Source: Bacilli bacterium
GTDB taxonomy: Bacteria > Bacillota_I > Bacilli_A > RFN20 > CAG-826
Reading direction: 5' to 3'
NCBI GenBank assembly: GCA_024408095.1
Contig: JAKSVI010000005.1
Coordinates: forward strand, 1 to 63,895
Length of the DNA stretch: 63,895 nucleotides
Of the stretch, positions 1 to 8,905 are shown piece after piece. The notes under the pieces are model-generated. The model was not told where the DNA came from and made no database searches. It was given only the letters and a program-made list of their open reading frames with translations. The translations under genes and the position numbers were made by a program. How positions within the stretch are numbered: position 1 is the stretch's first letter; each line of letters starts with the position of its first letter.

Positions 1-60
1 TAGAAAGGAGAAAGTTATTCAGTCATCAAACTAGGCTTAACTGAATAATACGATTAAAAA

Positions 61-471
61 ATGAAAGTCGCATCTAAAGTTTTACTAATCATTACTGGTA
101 TTCTTGGTATTTTAGCTGCCTTAGGATTCATTATTGTCGGTATTATTTTCTTAGGTTTTGGTGCTAATACAGCAATGGTTGAGGAGATTGCTAAAGAATC
201 AGGCAACCCACAAGCTATCGAACTTGTTAGAAATATTTTAAATGGATTCGGTACAGGATTTATTATTTGGGCCGTTATTAGTATTGCTGCTGTTGTTTTA
301 TCTTTTGTTTCAGTTGGAAAAGTCAGCCAACCAGAAATTTCAAGAAAAGTAACTATCCCTCTTGGCGTATGCACACTTATCTTATCAGTTTTATCAGGAC
401 TCATTACTGGAATTATTGGTGGCATCTTCATGCTTTGCATTAAAGAAAATTCTGCCAAAGCAGCTAAATAA
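61..471 (+). CDS. hypothetical membrane protein (about 4 hydrophobic segments)
   Basis: 136-aa ORF with hydrophobic helices, followed by an intrinsic terminator. Confidence 0.75.
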   Translation: MKVASKVLLIITGILGILAALGFIIVGIIFLGFGANTAMVEEIAKESGNPQAIELVRNILNGFGTGFIIWAVISIAAVVLSFVSVGKVSQPEISRKVTIPLGVCTLILSVLSGLITGIIGGIFMLCIKENSAKAAK

Positions 472-490
472 AGACAATTAAAAATTAAAT

Positions 491-520
491 AAAAATCTCC
501 AACGTAATTGGAGATTTTTT
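491..520. terminator. bidirectional intrinsic terminator
   Basis: AAAAATCTCCAA-cgtaa-TTGGAGATTTTT inverted repeat between the convergent CDS and tRNA operon. Confidence 0.85.
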
Positions 521-529
521 GTATCATCA

Positions 530-617
530 TGGTGCCCGGGACCGGAATCGAACCGGTATGGAGTATTAATCCGCAGGATTTTAAGTCCTGTGCGTCTACC
601 TATTCCGCCACCTGGGC
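530..617 (-). tRNA. tRNA-Leu(TAA)
   Basis: Minus strand GCCCAGGTGGCGGAATAGGTAGACGC...CAGGA-CT-TAA-AA-TCCTG...GGTTCGATTCC...CACCA; long variable arm, encoded CCA. Confidence 0.97.
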
Positions 618-619
618 AC

Positions 620-695
620 TGGTGATCCATTGGAGACTCGAACTCCAGACCCCTTGATTAAAAGTCAAGTGCTCTACCGACTGAGCTAATGGATC
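620..695 (-). tRNA. tRNA-Lys(TTT)
   Basis: 76 nt; anticodon arm CTTGA-CT-TTT-AA-TCAAG; GTTCGA T-loop; CCA. Confidence 0.97.
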
Positions 696-705
696 ATGTA
701 TTTTT

Positions 706-781
706 TGGCTGGGGTGGCTGGGATCGAACCAGCGAGATGACAGAGTCAAAGTCTGTTGCCTTACCTCTTGGCTACACCCCA
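706..781 (-). tRNA. tRNA-Gln(TTG)
   Basis: 76 nt; anticodon arm ACAGA-CT-TTG-AC-TCTGT; CCA. Confidence 0.97.
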
Positions 782-784
782 AGT

Positions 785-868
785 TGGTGGAGAGGGGCAG
801 ATTCGAACCGCCGAACCCGAAGGAGCTGATTTACAGTCAGCCGCGTTTAGCCTCTTCGCTACCTCTCC
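785..868 (-). tRNA. tRNA-Tyr(GTA)
   Basis: 84 nt; anticodon arm GCTGA-CT-GTA-AA-TCAGC; variable arm; CCA. Confidence 0.97.
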
Positions 869-883
869 AAGTAAGTTGCGTTT

Positions 884-959
884 TGGTGGATGCTGAGGGG
901 CTCGAACCCCCGACCTCCGCCGTGTAAAGGCGATGCTCTCCCAGCTGAGCTAAGCATCC
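884..959 (-). tRNA. tRNA-Val(TAC)
   Basis: 76 nt; anticodon arm TCGCC-TT-TAC-AC-GGCGG; CCA. Confidence 0.97.
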
Positions 960-980
960 GCTTTAAAAATACGCTTAAAT

Positions 981-1009
981 AATATAGCATTTAGGCATTT
1001 AAATAGCAA
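981..1009 (-). promoter_or_regulatory. sigma70-type promoter of the tRNA operon
   Basis: Minus strand TTGCTA-N17-TATATT with TG extended -10, about 20 nt upstream of tRNA-Val. Confidence 0.75.
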
Positions 1010-1010
1010 T

Positions 1011-1042
1011 AAAAAAATCACCAATTTAAATGGTGACTTTTT
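1011..1042 (-). terminator. intrinsic terminator of pgi
   Basis: Minus strand AAAAAGTCACCA-tttaaat-TGGTGATTTTTTT. Confidence 0.75.
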
Positions 1043-1067
1043 CTTTTATCAAACTATATAAATATAG

Positions 1068-2348
1068 TTAGTATCCTTTTTTGCCTAAAAGATGGAACAT
1101 ATTTTTCTTATAAATTTCAACTCCAGGTTGGTTAAACGGGTTTATATTCAATAAATACGCACTCATAGCGCACGCTCTCATGAATAAATAAAGTAAATAG
1201 CCCAAATTTGCTTCATTCATTTCTGAGATATTGATTGATATACATGGAACGTTTCCTTCATTTACGTGAGCTGAAAGAGTCCCTTTATAGGCTTTGTCAT
1301 TAACATATGCCATTGTTTTGCCTTCTAAATAATTTAAACCATCAAGATTTTTATCATCATGTGGGATTTTCACATCACATAATGGTTTTTGAACATTCAA
1401 TATTGTTTCAAATAATAATGGAGTACCATCTTGGACAAATTGTCCTAACGAATGAAGATCTGTTGAGAATGTGGCGGAAGCTGGGAATAATCCGAGTTTA
1501 TTTTTACCCTCACTTTCACCAAATAGCTGTTTTAACCATTCGCTGATTTGAGACATATGTGGTTCATATGTTACATACATTTCAACGCTCTTTTTGTGAT
1601 TATACATAAAGTCTCTAGTTACAGCGTATCGATAGCAAATATTCTTTTTTAAGTCGGGATTTGCGAACTCTTTTTGTGCTTTTTTAGCACCTTCTAAAAA
1701 TTTAAGAACATCAATTCCTGCAACTGCCATTGGGAACAATCCAACAGGAGTGAAGACACTATAACGTCCACCGATATCTCTTGGTAATACATATTTAATA
1801 TAACCTTCATTTGTACTTAATTGTAATAAAGCACCTTTCTCAATATCAGTAGTGGCGATGATGGCTTTTCTTGCTTCTTTTTTGCCAACTTTCTTTTCTA
1901 ATAAAGCTTTTGCAAGACGGAAAGCAATTGAACTTTCGGTCGTAGTGCCACTTTTTGAAATAACATTAATAGCGAATCTTTTATCTTTTAAATAATCAAG
2001 CACTTGTTTTGTGTATGTGCCAGAAAATGTTTGCCCAAAGAAAATGATTTCAATATCATCTTTGTATCTTAAACCTTTTAATGCTTCAATGGCGCTTCGA
2101 GCCCCTAGATAACTGCCTCCGATGCCAATAACTAATAAGACATCATAATTTTTTCTGATTTTATGAGCGACTCTAACAATGTTACTCACTTCATCTTTAG
2201 GATAATTAGTTGGCCAATCCACCCAACCGAGAAAGTCATTACCCTCTCCAGTTTTGTCGATAATCATTTTGTTGATTAGGTTTACTTTCTTTTGATAACT
2301 GAGGATGTCTTTTTCTTTAATTGCGTTAGATAAATCAATGTTAATCAT
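1068..2348 (-). CDS. pgi: glucose-6-phosphate isomerase
   Basis: Motifs IGIGGSYLGA, VISKSGTTTE, GGRYSV, QLFGESEGK, TDLHSLGQ, PFNQPGVEIYK. Confidence 0.97.
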   Translation of the reverse strand: MINIDLSNAIKEKDILSYQKKVNLINKMIIDKTGEGNDFLGWVDWPTNYPKDEVSNIVRVAHKIRKNYDVLLVIGIGGSYLGARSAIEALKGLRYKDDIEIIFFGQTFSGTYTKQVLDYLKDKRFAINVISKSGTTTESSIAFRLAKALLEKKVGKKEARKAIIATTDIEKGALLQLSTNEGYIKYVLPRDIGGRYSVFTPVGLFPMAVAGIDVLKFLEGAKKAQKEFANPDLKKNICYRYAVTRDFMYNHKKSVEMYVTYEPHMSQISEWLKQLFGESEGKNKLGLFPASATFSTDLHSLGQFVQDGTPLLFETILNVQKPLCDVKIPHDDKNLDGLNYLEGKTMAYVNDKAYKGTLSAHVNEGNVPCISINISEMNEANLGYLLYLFMRACAMSAYLLNINPFNQPGVEIYKKNMFHLLGKKGY

Positions 2349-2715
2349 TTTTATTTTCCTTCCTTGATAACGTTTCTTCTATCCAACCATCAAGTTTTTC
2401 TTCAAGTACTTTAAATTCTTCAAGGTTAGATTTTGGCATAACACGATTATTTTTGTCATGAGTAGAAAATCTTTCATTTTCAGGAATTTGTTTAAAACTG
2501 ACTCTTAAAAAACCATCTTTTGGATCTATTGAAATTACGCGAACTTTGAGTTGGTCATCTATTGAAGCATATTTCTCAATATCCCTAATATAAGAGTCTG
2601 AGATTTCTGAAATATGTAGCAAACCCTGGGTTTTTTCATCGAATTTTAAAAAAACTGCATAAGGTTTTATATTTATTACAGTTCCAATAATATCTTCTCC
2701 AATTTGATAACTCAT
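2341..2715 (-). CDS. S1 RNA-binding domain protein (YugI/GSP13-like)
   Basis: G..V..IKPYAVF...GLLHISEISDSYIRDI S1 signature; ATG at 2715 preferred over the track's TTG at 2730. Confidence 0.88.
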   Translation of the reverse strand: MSYQIGEDIIGTVINIKPYAVFLKFDEKTQGLLHISEISDSYIRDIEKYASIDDQLKVRVISIDPKDGFLRVSFKQIPENERFSTHDKNNRVMPKSNLEEFKVLEEKLDGWIEETLSRKENKND

Positions 2716-2742
2716 GAAAATATAATACAACTATAAAAAAAT

Positions 2743-2768
2743 AAAAGGTAGTACTTTCACTACCTTTA
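2743..2768 (-). terminator. intrinsic terminator
   Basis: AAAGGTAG-tactttca-CTACCTTT inverted repeat with T-run on the minus strand. Confidence 0.7.
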
Positions 2769-2788
2769 TGGATTTAGATTTTTTAATG

Positions 2789-3619
2789 TTATTTTGCTAA
2801 TTTGATTTGAGTAGCGGTCATCTCAGTAGTGAGAGCCACAGAATCAATTACCATTCTGATAATTTTTTCTAGACTGCTTCCTTTTTCGTAATTGGCAGGA
2901 CACATAAAGTTGACGCGATTATCATCATAAATTTCACGAACTTTATCGCTGTCACCCTTTTGGTATAAAGCAATGCTCTTCCCGCCATTTTTCTTAACGA
3001 GTGTCATACATGCAATGTCTGTCATTCCGTCACCTAAATAAATAATTTGGTTAAATGGAATTCGCAAACCATTTTTTGTTTTTTCGTTAACTGATTTATC
3101 ATCGGTTACGTCAAACGCACCCTTTGCAATTCTGAAGAAAAATTGTGTTTTTTGAGTGAAATTAATTGCAAGTTTAGGCCAAACAGGTTCGCCTTTTTTG
3201 TTGTAATAATATTCGCAGCCATAAGCCTTTGTAAATTCTTTATAAATTTTGCAGCCTTCAACAATTTCTTTTGTTCCACTTGAAACAAGGTAATGTTCAA
3301 CTTTTATGCCTTTTTTAAGTCCATAAGCATTGATACGTTTGAACCATGTTTCTACACCAGGATAAAATTCAATATTCTTACCACACTTATTTAAATATTT
3401 ACGTGTTAGTTTTATGTTCTTTTTCTTTGCTTCTTCAATCATCATGTACATATAAGCAAGTATTCTTTCAACACCCGCTTCCTCTGTAAATTTTGATGTT
3501 TTTCCCCAGAATTCTTCAGGCTTTAATCCTAGATCAGGAATGAAGCTATAATTTTGCATATCAGTTGTCGATAAAGTTTTATCGAAATCATACATAATAG
3601 CGACTATTGGTTTTGCCAT
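2789..3619 (-). CDS. HAD-superfamily hydrolase
   Basis: Motif I YDFDKTL, motif II VSSG, motif IV YLGDGMTD. Confidence 0.88.
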   Translation of the reverse strand: MAKPIVAIMYDFDKTLSTTDMQNYSFIPDLGLKPEEFWGKTSKFTEEAGVERILAYMYMMIEEAKKKNIKLTRKYLNKCGKNIEFYPGVETWFKRINAYGLKKGIKVEHYLVSSGTKEIVEGCKIYKEFTKAYGCEYYYNKKGEPVWPKLAINFTQKTQFFFRIAKGAFDVTDDKSVNEKTKNGLRIPFNQIIYLGDGMTDIACMTLVKKNGGKSIALYQKGDSDKVREIYDDNRVNFMCPANYEKGSSLEKIIRMVIDSVALTTEMTATQIKLAK

Positions 3620-3831
3620 AATTTTAACCTCAAAAATATATTATCACAAACGATAATATAGTGCAAATTATTGCCGCAATGATATAGAAAATATTGATAG
3701 TAGAAAAATATGTTTTTGTCCCTTTTAGGAAACAATAAAATTTGTGTGGTTTTTTGTAATTGAATATATAAAAATAGCATTTACTTGTGAAATGCAATAT
3801 TTTTATTTAAAATACTATTTGAGGTGAAAAC

Positions 3832-5433
3832 ATGAAAAAGAAACCAATTATACTATGTATCATGGATGGTTATGGCATTAGAAAAGCTAGCATCGGGAAT
3901 GCTGTTTTAGAGGCCAAAAAACCAAACTTAGATAAATATTTCAGCACATATTCATACACTGAAATTAATGCTTCTGGTGAATATGTAGGACTTCCAGATG
4001 GACAAATGGGTAACTCAGAAGTTGGCCATATGAATATGGGAGCAGGTAGAATTGTTTATCAATCTTTATCTTTAATCAATAAAGCAATTAAAGAAAAAAC
4101 ATTCTTTGATAATCAATATTATATTGAAGCAATGAATCACGCCAAAAAAAATAACTCCAAACTTCACATTTTTGGCTTAACAAGTGATGGTGGTGTCCAC
4201 TCTCACATAAATCATATTTTGGCAATTATTGAGATGGCTAAAAAACAAGGTTTGAAAGATGTTTATATGCACTGTTTTATGGATGGCAGAGATGTTGATC
4301 CTCAAGCAGGATATAAATATGTAAAAATGATTCAAGATAAAATGGATGAATTAAATTTTGGTCACATCGCCGATATCGGAGGAAGATATTGGGGTATGGA
4401 CCGTGATAAAAACATGGACAGAGTCGATGTTGCTTATCGCTTAATGGTCGATCATGACGGACCAAGCTTTAATGACATGGAGAAATTCTTTAAAGATCAA
4501 TATGAAGAATTACCTAAATTAGGGAAAGACGCTAGTGATGAATTTATAATTCCACACTTCAATGAAAATGTTGATGGAAGAATAAGCGATAATGATGCGA
4601 TTATTTTTATGAATTATCGTCCAGATCGCGCTATTCAAATTTCAACTTTATTTACTAACCCAAATTTTTATGAAAACCCACCTAAAAAAGAGGATGGTAC
4701 TTTAGCATATAAGCCATATGTTCCTAAACATCCTTTAAAGAATATATTTTACGTATGCACAATGAAATATGCCGATAGTGTCAAAGGTAAGATTGCTTTT
4801 GAACTTCCAAAATTAACTAATATTTTAGGAGTATATCTTGCAGATCATGGATATTCTCAATTAAGAATCGCTGAAACTGAGAAATATGCACATGTTACTT
4901 TCTTCTTTGATGGCACTATGAACTTTGATGGAGTAGAAAGACCTGAATTAAAAAATTGTACTCGTGTTTTAATTAACTCTCCAAAAGTTGCCACATATGA
5001 TTTACAACCTGAAATGAGCGCATATAAAGTTCTTGATGCTTTATTAAAAGAATTAAATAAGGATTACTTAGATGTTGTAATACTAAATTTTGCAAATTGT
5101 GATATGGTTGGTCACACCGCAGTTCATAATGCGGTTGTAAAAGCTGTTGAAACTGTAGATGAATGTGTCGGTAAAATCATTGAATGGTGTAACGAAAACG
5201 ATGCAACATTAATCGTTACAGCGGATCATGGTAATGCTGAAGAAATTTTAGATGCTAATGGTAAACCATTCACCGCTCATACAACGAACCTTGTTCCGTT
5301 TTGTATAAACAAAAAGGGCTTTAAACTAAAACCAACAGAAGGCAAATTGGCGGATATTGCTCCAACAATTATTGACCTTCTTGGTGATAAAAAACCAGAA
5401 GATATGTCTGGTGAATCTTTAATAATTAAATAA
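3832..5433 (+). CDS. gpmI: 2,3-bisphosphoglycerate-independent phosphoglycerate mutase
   Basis: MDGYG, GQMGNSEVGH, DGGVHSH, AETEKYAHVTFF, NCDMVGH, TADHGNAE, AHT motifs. Confidence 0.97.
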   Translation: MKKKPIILCIMDGYGIRKASIGNAVLEAKKPNLDKYFSTYSYTEINASGEYVGLPDGQMGNSEVGHMNMGAGRIVYQSLSLINKAIKEKTFFDNQYYIEAMNHAKKNNSKLHIFGLTSDGGVHSHINHILAIIEMAKKQGLKDVYMHCFMDGRDVDPQAGYKYVKMIQDKMDELNFGHIADIGGRYWGMDRDKNMDRVDVAYRLMVDHDGPSFNDMEKFFKDQYEELPKLGKDASDEFIIPHFNENVDGRISDNDAIIFMNYRPDRAIQISTLFTNPNFYENPPKKEDGTLAYKPYVPKHPLKNIFYVCTMKYADSVKGKIAFELPKLTNILGVYLADHGYSQLRIAETEKYAHVTFFFDGTMNFDGVERPELKNCTRVLINSPKVATYDLQPEMSAYKVLDALLKELNKDYLDVVILNFANCDMVGHTAVHNAVVKAVETVDECVGKIIEWCNENDATLIVTADHGNAEEILDANGKPFTAHTTNLVPFCINKKGFKLKPTEGKLADIAPTIIDLLGDKKPEDMSGESLIIK

Positions 5434-5446
5434 GGAGTAGAAAAGA

Positions 5447-7147
5447 ATGAAAACACCTGATTTGAAATTTGAACAATATCCGTTAATTGTTCCAACTCAA
5501 AAAAGAATGGAGAACAAACTTGAAAAGTTAGTTCAAGACTTAAAAGAGTGCGGTAGTGCTAGAACTGCAGTTTTGGCTATCAAACACTGGAACAAATATA
5601 TGGAAGAATTGTCCACTCAAATGTCTGTGGTTACTGTGCTTTACACACTTGATACCACAAACAAAGCGTATAAAAACGCTCAAGCAAAAATTGATGAGCT
5701 TTCACCAATTATTTCTAATTACGCAAATCAATTTCAGAAGATTTTAACCAAAGCAAAATACCGCAAAGATTTAGAAAAACAATATGGAAAATATTTATTC
5801 CAAATGTTCGATAATTCTTTGAAATGTTTTGATCCAAAAATCATGCCAATGCTTGTCGAAGAAAACAAATTAACAAGCAAATATGATGAAGTTGTTGGCG
5901 GTGCACAAATTGATTTTAGAGGAGAAAAATTAAACCTCTCTCAAATGGGAAAATTTACTTGTGATAAAGACCCTCAAACAAGAAAAGCAGCAGCAATTGC
6001 AGTCGATAAATGGTTTGGGGATCACGAAAAAGAAATTGGTGATATTTACGATCAATTAGTCAAATTAAGAGACGGGATGGCAAAGAAGCTAGGATTCAAA
6101 AACTTTGTAGAACTCGGCTATTTGAGACTCGGAAGAACAGATTACAACGCTAATATGGTTAAAAAATATCGTAATAGAATAACCGAAAATGTTGTTCCTG
6201 TTGCCCAAAAACTTTACAAAAAGCAAATGAAAGAATTAGGAATTAAAAATCCTCAATATTATGACTACAATTTGAAATTTGCTGATGGTAACGCTGTTCC
6301 AGCAGGAGATGCAAAATATTTAGTTAATGCTGCCAAAAATATGTACAACAAATTAAGTAAAGAAAGTGGCGAATATTTTAAATTCATGATGGACCATCAT
6401 CTTCTTGATTTAGAAGCTAAAAAAGGTAAAGCTCCTGGTGGATATTGCACATACTTCCCACTTTATAAGGCACCATTTATTTTCTCAAACTTCAACGGAA
6501 CTGATGGCGATGTTAATGTCTTAACTCACGAGGGTGGACATGCTTTCCAAGCTTACTTATGCAGCGGCATCAAGATTCCTGAATATCAAAACCCAACTTT
6601 AGAAGCTTGTGAAATTCATTCAATGAGCATGGAATTCTTTGCATGGCCATATATGAATGATTTCTTCAAAAAAGATGCTGATAAATATAAATATGCGCAT
6701 TTGTGTGATGCAATTGAATTCCTCCCATATGGTATTTCTATTGATGAATTCCAACACTGGGTTTATGAAAATCCAAATGCTACACATGAACAAAGATGCA
6801 AAGCTTTTAGAGATATAGAATTAAAAAATCTTCCACATAAAAAATATGACGAATTACCAACATTTAATCATGGTGGTTGGTGGATGAAACAAAGCCATGT
6901 CTTTGGTTCACCATTCTACTATATTGACTATACTTTAGCTCAAGTAGTGGCCTTCCAATTCTTGTTAGAAGATCGCAAAAACCATGACAAAGCTTGGAAA
7001 AAATATGTCAAATATTCCAAACTCGGTGGTAAATTACCATTCCTCGGATTGTTAGAAAAAGCCCATTTAAGAAATCCGTTTGAAGAAGGCACAGTTGAAA
7101 AAGCGATGAATGGACTTAAAAAAGTTCTTAAAGAATTTGAAGATTGA
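5447..7147 (+). CDS. M3-family oligoendopeptidase (PepF-like)
   Basis: HEGGH zinc motif, EIHSMSME, PFYYIDYTLA. Confidence 0.92.
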   Translation: MKTPDLKFEQYPLIVPTQKRMENKLEKLVQDLKECGSARTAVLAIKHWNKYMEELSTQMSVVTVLYTLDTTNKAYKNAQAKIDELSPIISNYANQFQKILTKAKYRKDLEKQYGKYLFQMFDNSLKCFDPKIMPMLVEENKLTSKYDEVVGGAQIDFRGEKLNLSQMGKFTCDKDPQTRKAAAIAVDKWFGDHEKEIGDIYDQLVKLRDGMAKKLGFKNFVELGYLRLGRTDYNANMVKKYRNRITENVVPVAQKLYKKQMKELGIKNPQYYDYNLKFADGNAVPAGDAKYLVNAAKNMYNKLSKESGEYFKFMMDHHLLDLEAKKGKAPGGYCTYFPLYKAPFIFSNFNGTDGDVNVLTHEGGHAFQAYLCSGIKIPEYQNPTLEACEIHSMSMEFFAWPYMNDFFKKDADKYKYAHLCDAIEFLPYGISIDEFQHWVYENPNATHEQRCKAFRDIELKNLPHKKYDELPTFNHGGWWMKQSHVFGSPFYYIDYTLAQVVAFQFLLEDRKNHDKAWKKYVKYSKLGGKLPFLGLLEKAHLRNPFEEGTVEKAMNGLKKVLKEFED

Positions 7148-7163
7148 TTATTTTTAAGTAAAT

Positions 7164-7192
7164 AAAAACGGATGTAATCGCATCCGTTTTTT
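7164..7192. terminator. bidirectional intrinsic terminator
   Basis: AAAAACGGATG-taatcg-CATCCGTTTTT between convergent genes. Confidence 0.85.
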
Positions 7193-7209
7193 GTTTTTAA
7201 TAAAATTAA

Positions 7210-7719
7210 TTACCAATCTAGATACATTGCAAAAGCATCACATCCAAATGCTAAAATTGCAAAAATACCAGCAACAACTGTGCCGCCTTCTAATGTAACT
7301 GAGATACCGAATCTTGCTAAGTCAGGATTGACTGAATAAAATTGGTTACCAATTGTGAACACCATGATCATTCCAGCTAATAATGATAAACCTGCGAGTC
7401 CGAGAACGATCTTTTCACCTCTTGCACTTGGTTGAACAAATGGAAGAGCCATGACACCCATAATAACAGCGCCTAAAACGATGAGCATATATCCAACAAA
7501 TGATAGAATTGCGCCGTTTTGAACATTGAGATTATTAATGTCATCTAACATACGGTTTCTGACACCTTCAAGAGGCTCGTTCCAGAATAATTGAACAGCG
7601 TTTAAATTATTTCCGCCGATTTTTAAGGCAGGAGCAAACATCATTAGAACTGATAATGCGGCTAAAACAAAGCCTATAATCATAAATACTGTGCTTGGCA
7701 AATCTTTAATTTTTTTCAT
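7210..7719 (-). CDS. hypothetical membrane protein (about 4 TM)
   Basis: 169-aa ORF with hydrophobic helices and GAGGA RBS. Confidence 0.75.
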   Translation of the reverse strand: MKKIKDLPSTVFMIIGFVLAALSVLMMFAPALKIGGNNLNAVQLFWNEPLEGVRNRMLDDINNLNVQNGAILSFVGYMLIVLGAVIMGVMALPFVQPSARGEKIVLGLAGLSLLAGMIMVFTIGNQFYSVNPDLARFGISVTLEGGTVVAGIFAILAFGCDAFAMYLDW

Positions 7720-7883
7720 AATAAATTTTCCTCGCTAACTCATATATTTTAATTTATTTATTTAAAATAACAATAATAATTTTATTCAAATCTTTATCAA
7801 AATAGTGAAGAAATAATCGTAAAATAATCATCTTACATAAATAAATAAAAAAACAATACATTAATGTATTGCTTTAATCAATT

Positions 7884-7968
7884 TGGTGCGCGAGATGAGA
7901 ATCGAACTCACACAGGTTGCCCTATACGCCCCTCAAACGTACGCGTCTACCAGTTCCGCCACTTGCGC
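7884..7968 (-). tRNA. tRNA-Leu(GAG)
   Basis: GCGCAAGTGGCGGAACTGGTAGACGC...TACGT-TT-GAG-GG-GCGTA...GTTCGATTC...CACCA; 85 nt; followed by terminator hairpin CAATACA/TGTATTG. Confidence 0.96.
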
Positions 7969-8081
7969 ATTTTTGTTTGTTGCTTTGTTATTTTAAGAAA
8001 AATGAATAAAAAAGACAAGTTAATAATGTAATGTTGATGGATATTTGATAAAATATCGTTAATATTAGAGGACAAATTTAT

Positions 8082-8654
8082 ATGAAAGAAATTTTAGTTG
8101 AAACAAGCGCTCGCCATATTCACGTTAATGAAGAGCAATTTAAAATTTTATTTGGTGGTGATGCAAAGCTTGAAGTAAGAGCTATGTTATCGCAACCTGG
8201 CCAGTTTGTTTCTACAAGCAGATTAGATGTTGTTGGACCTAAAAAAACTATAAATAACGTATCAATTCTCGGCCCTTTTAGAAAAAATGCACAAGTTGAA
8301 GTATCTGCAACTGATGCAAGAACATTAGGTGTTCCTGCTGTGATTAGGGAGAGTGGAGATGTTGCTGGAAGTGCCCCTGTTAAGCTAGTTGGACCTGCTG
8401 GCGAATTAGAATTAAGTGAAGGATGTATTGTCGCAAAAAGGCATATACACATGACACCAAAAGATGCAGAAGAATTTGGTGTTAAAAATGGCGATATCGT
8501 TAAAGTAGAAATGTCCAATCCAGGAAGAAGTTTAATATTTGGTGATGTGGTTGTTAGAGTGAGAGAAGATTTTGCTCTAGCAATGCATATTGATACAGAT
8601 GAAAGCAATGCCGCTGGTTGTGCTGGCAACGTTTTTGGAAAATTAGTTAAATAA
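8082..8654 (+). CDS. pduL: PduL-type phosphate acyltransferase (phosphotransacylase)
   Basis: SARHIH, LSQPGQF, ILGPFR..QVEVS.TDA, RESGD, RHIHMTP..A, MHIDTDE.NA. Confidence 0.93.
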   Translation: MKEILVETSARHIHVNEEQFKILFGGDAKLEVRAMLSQPGQFVSTSRLDVVGPKKTINNVSILGPFRKNAQVEVSATDARTLGVPAVIRESGDVAGSAPVKLVGPAGELELSEGCIVAKRHIHMTPKDAEEFGVKNGDIVKVEMSNPGRSLIFGDVVVRVREDFALAMHIDTDESNAAGCAGNVFGKLVK

Positions 8655-8905
8655 TGGAAACCTTTATTATTCATGCTCATGGAACTTGTTCTACTGAGAT
8701 CCATGTAGATCATGAAAATGGAATAATTCAACATGTCACTTTTATTGGTGGATGTAGAGGTAATACTAAAGGTGTTGCAGCTTTATTAGTAGGAATGAAA
8801 CTTGAAGAAGCTGCTAGAAGATTAGAAGGAATTATGTGTCGAAATGGGACGAGTTGTCCTAATGAGTTAGCAAAAGGCATTAAGGAGTATTTAGCAAGAC
8901 AATGA
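8654..8905 (+). CDS. TSCPD-domain protein (TIGR03905-like)
   Basis: GTCS...GGC.GN.KG...L..GM....LEGI.C..GTSCPN.LA pattern. Confidence 0.85.
   Translation: METFIIHAHGTCSTEIHVDHENGIIQHVTFIGGCRGNTKGVAALLVGMKLEEAARRLEGIMCRNGTSCPNELAKGIKEYLARQ

Noticed and set aside
600-782. 60-aa ORF in the ORF track
   Set aside because: It is a translation of the tRNA-Gln/Lys/Leu genes
7884-7968. tRNA-Leu or the tRNA operon as an integration site
   Set aside because: No duplicated tRNA 3' end or integrase in the window
8120-8734. 204-aa minus-strand ORF
   Set aside because: Antisense shadow of pduL with no RBS or family motif; the same applies to 54-530, 11538-11855, 21525-21875, 22306-22656 and the other nested short ORFs
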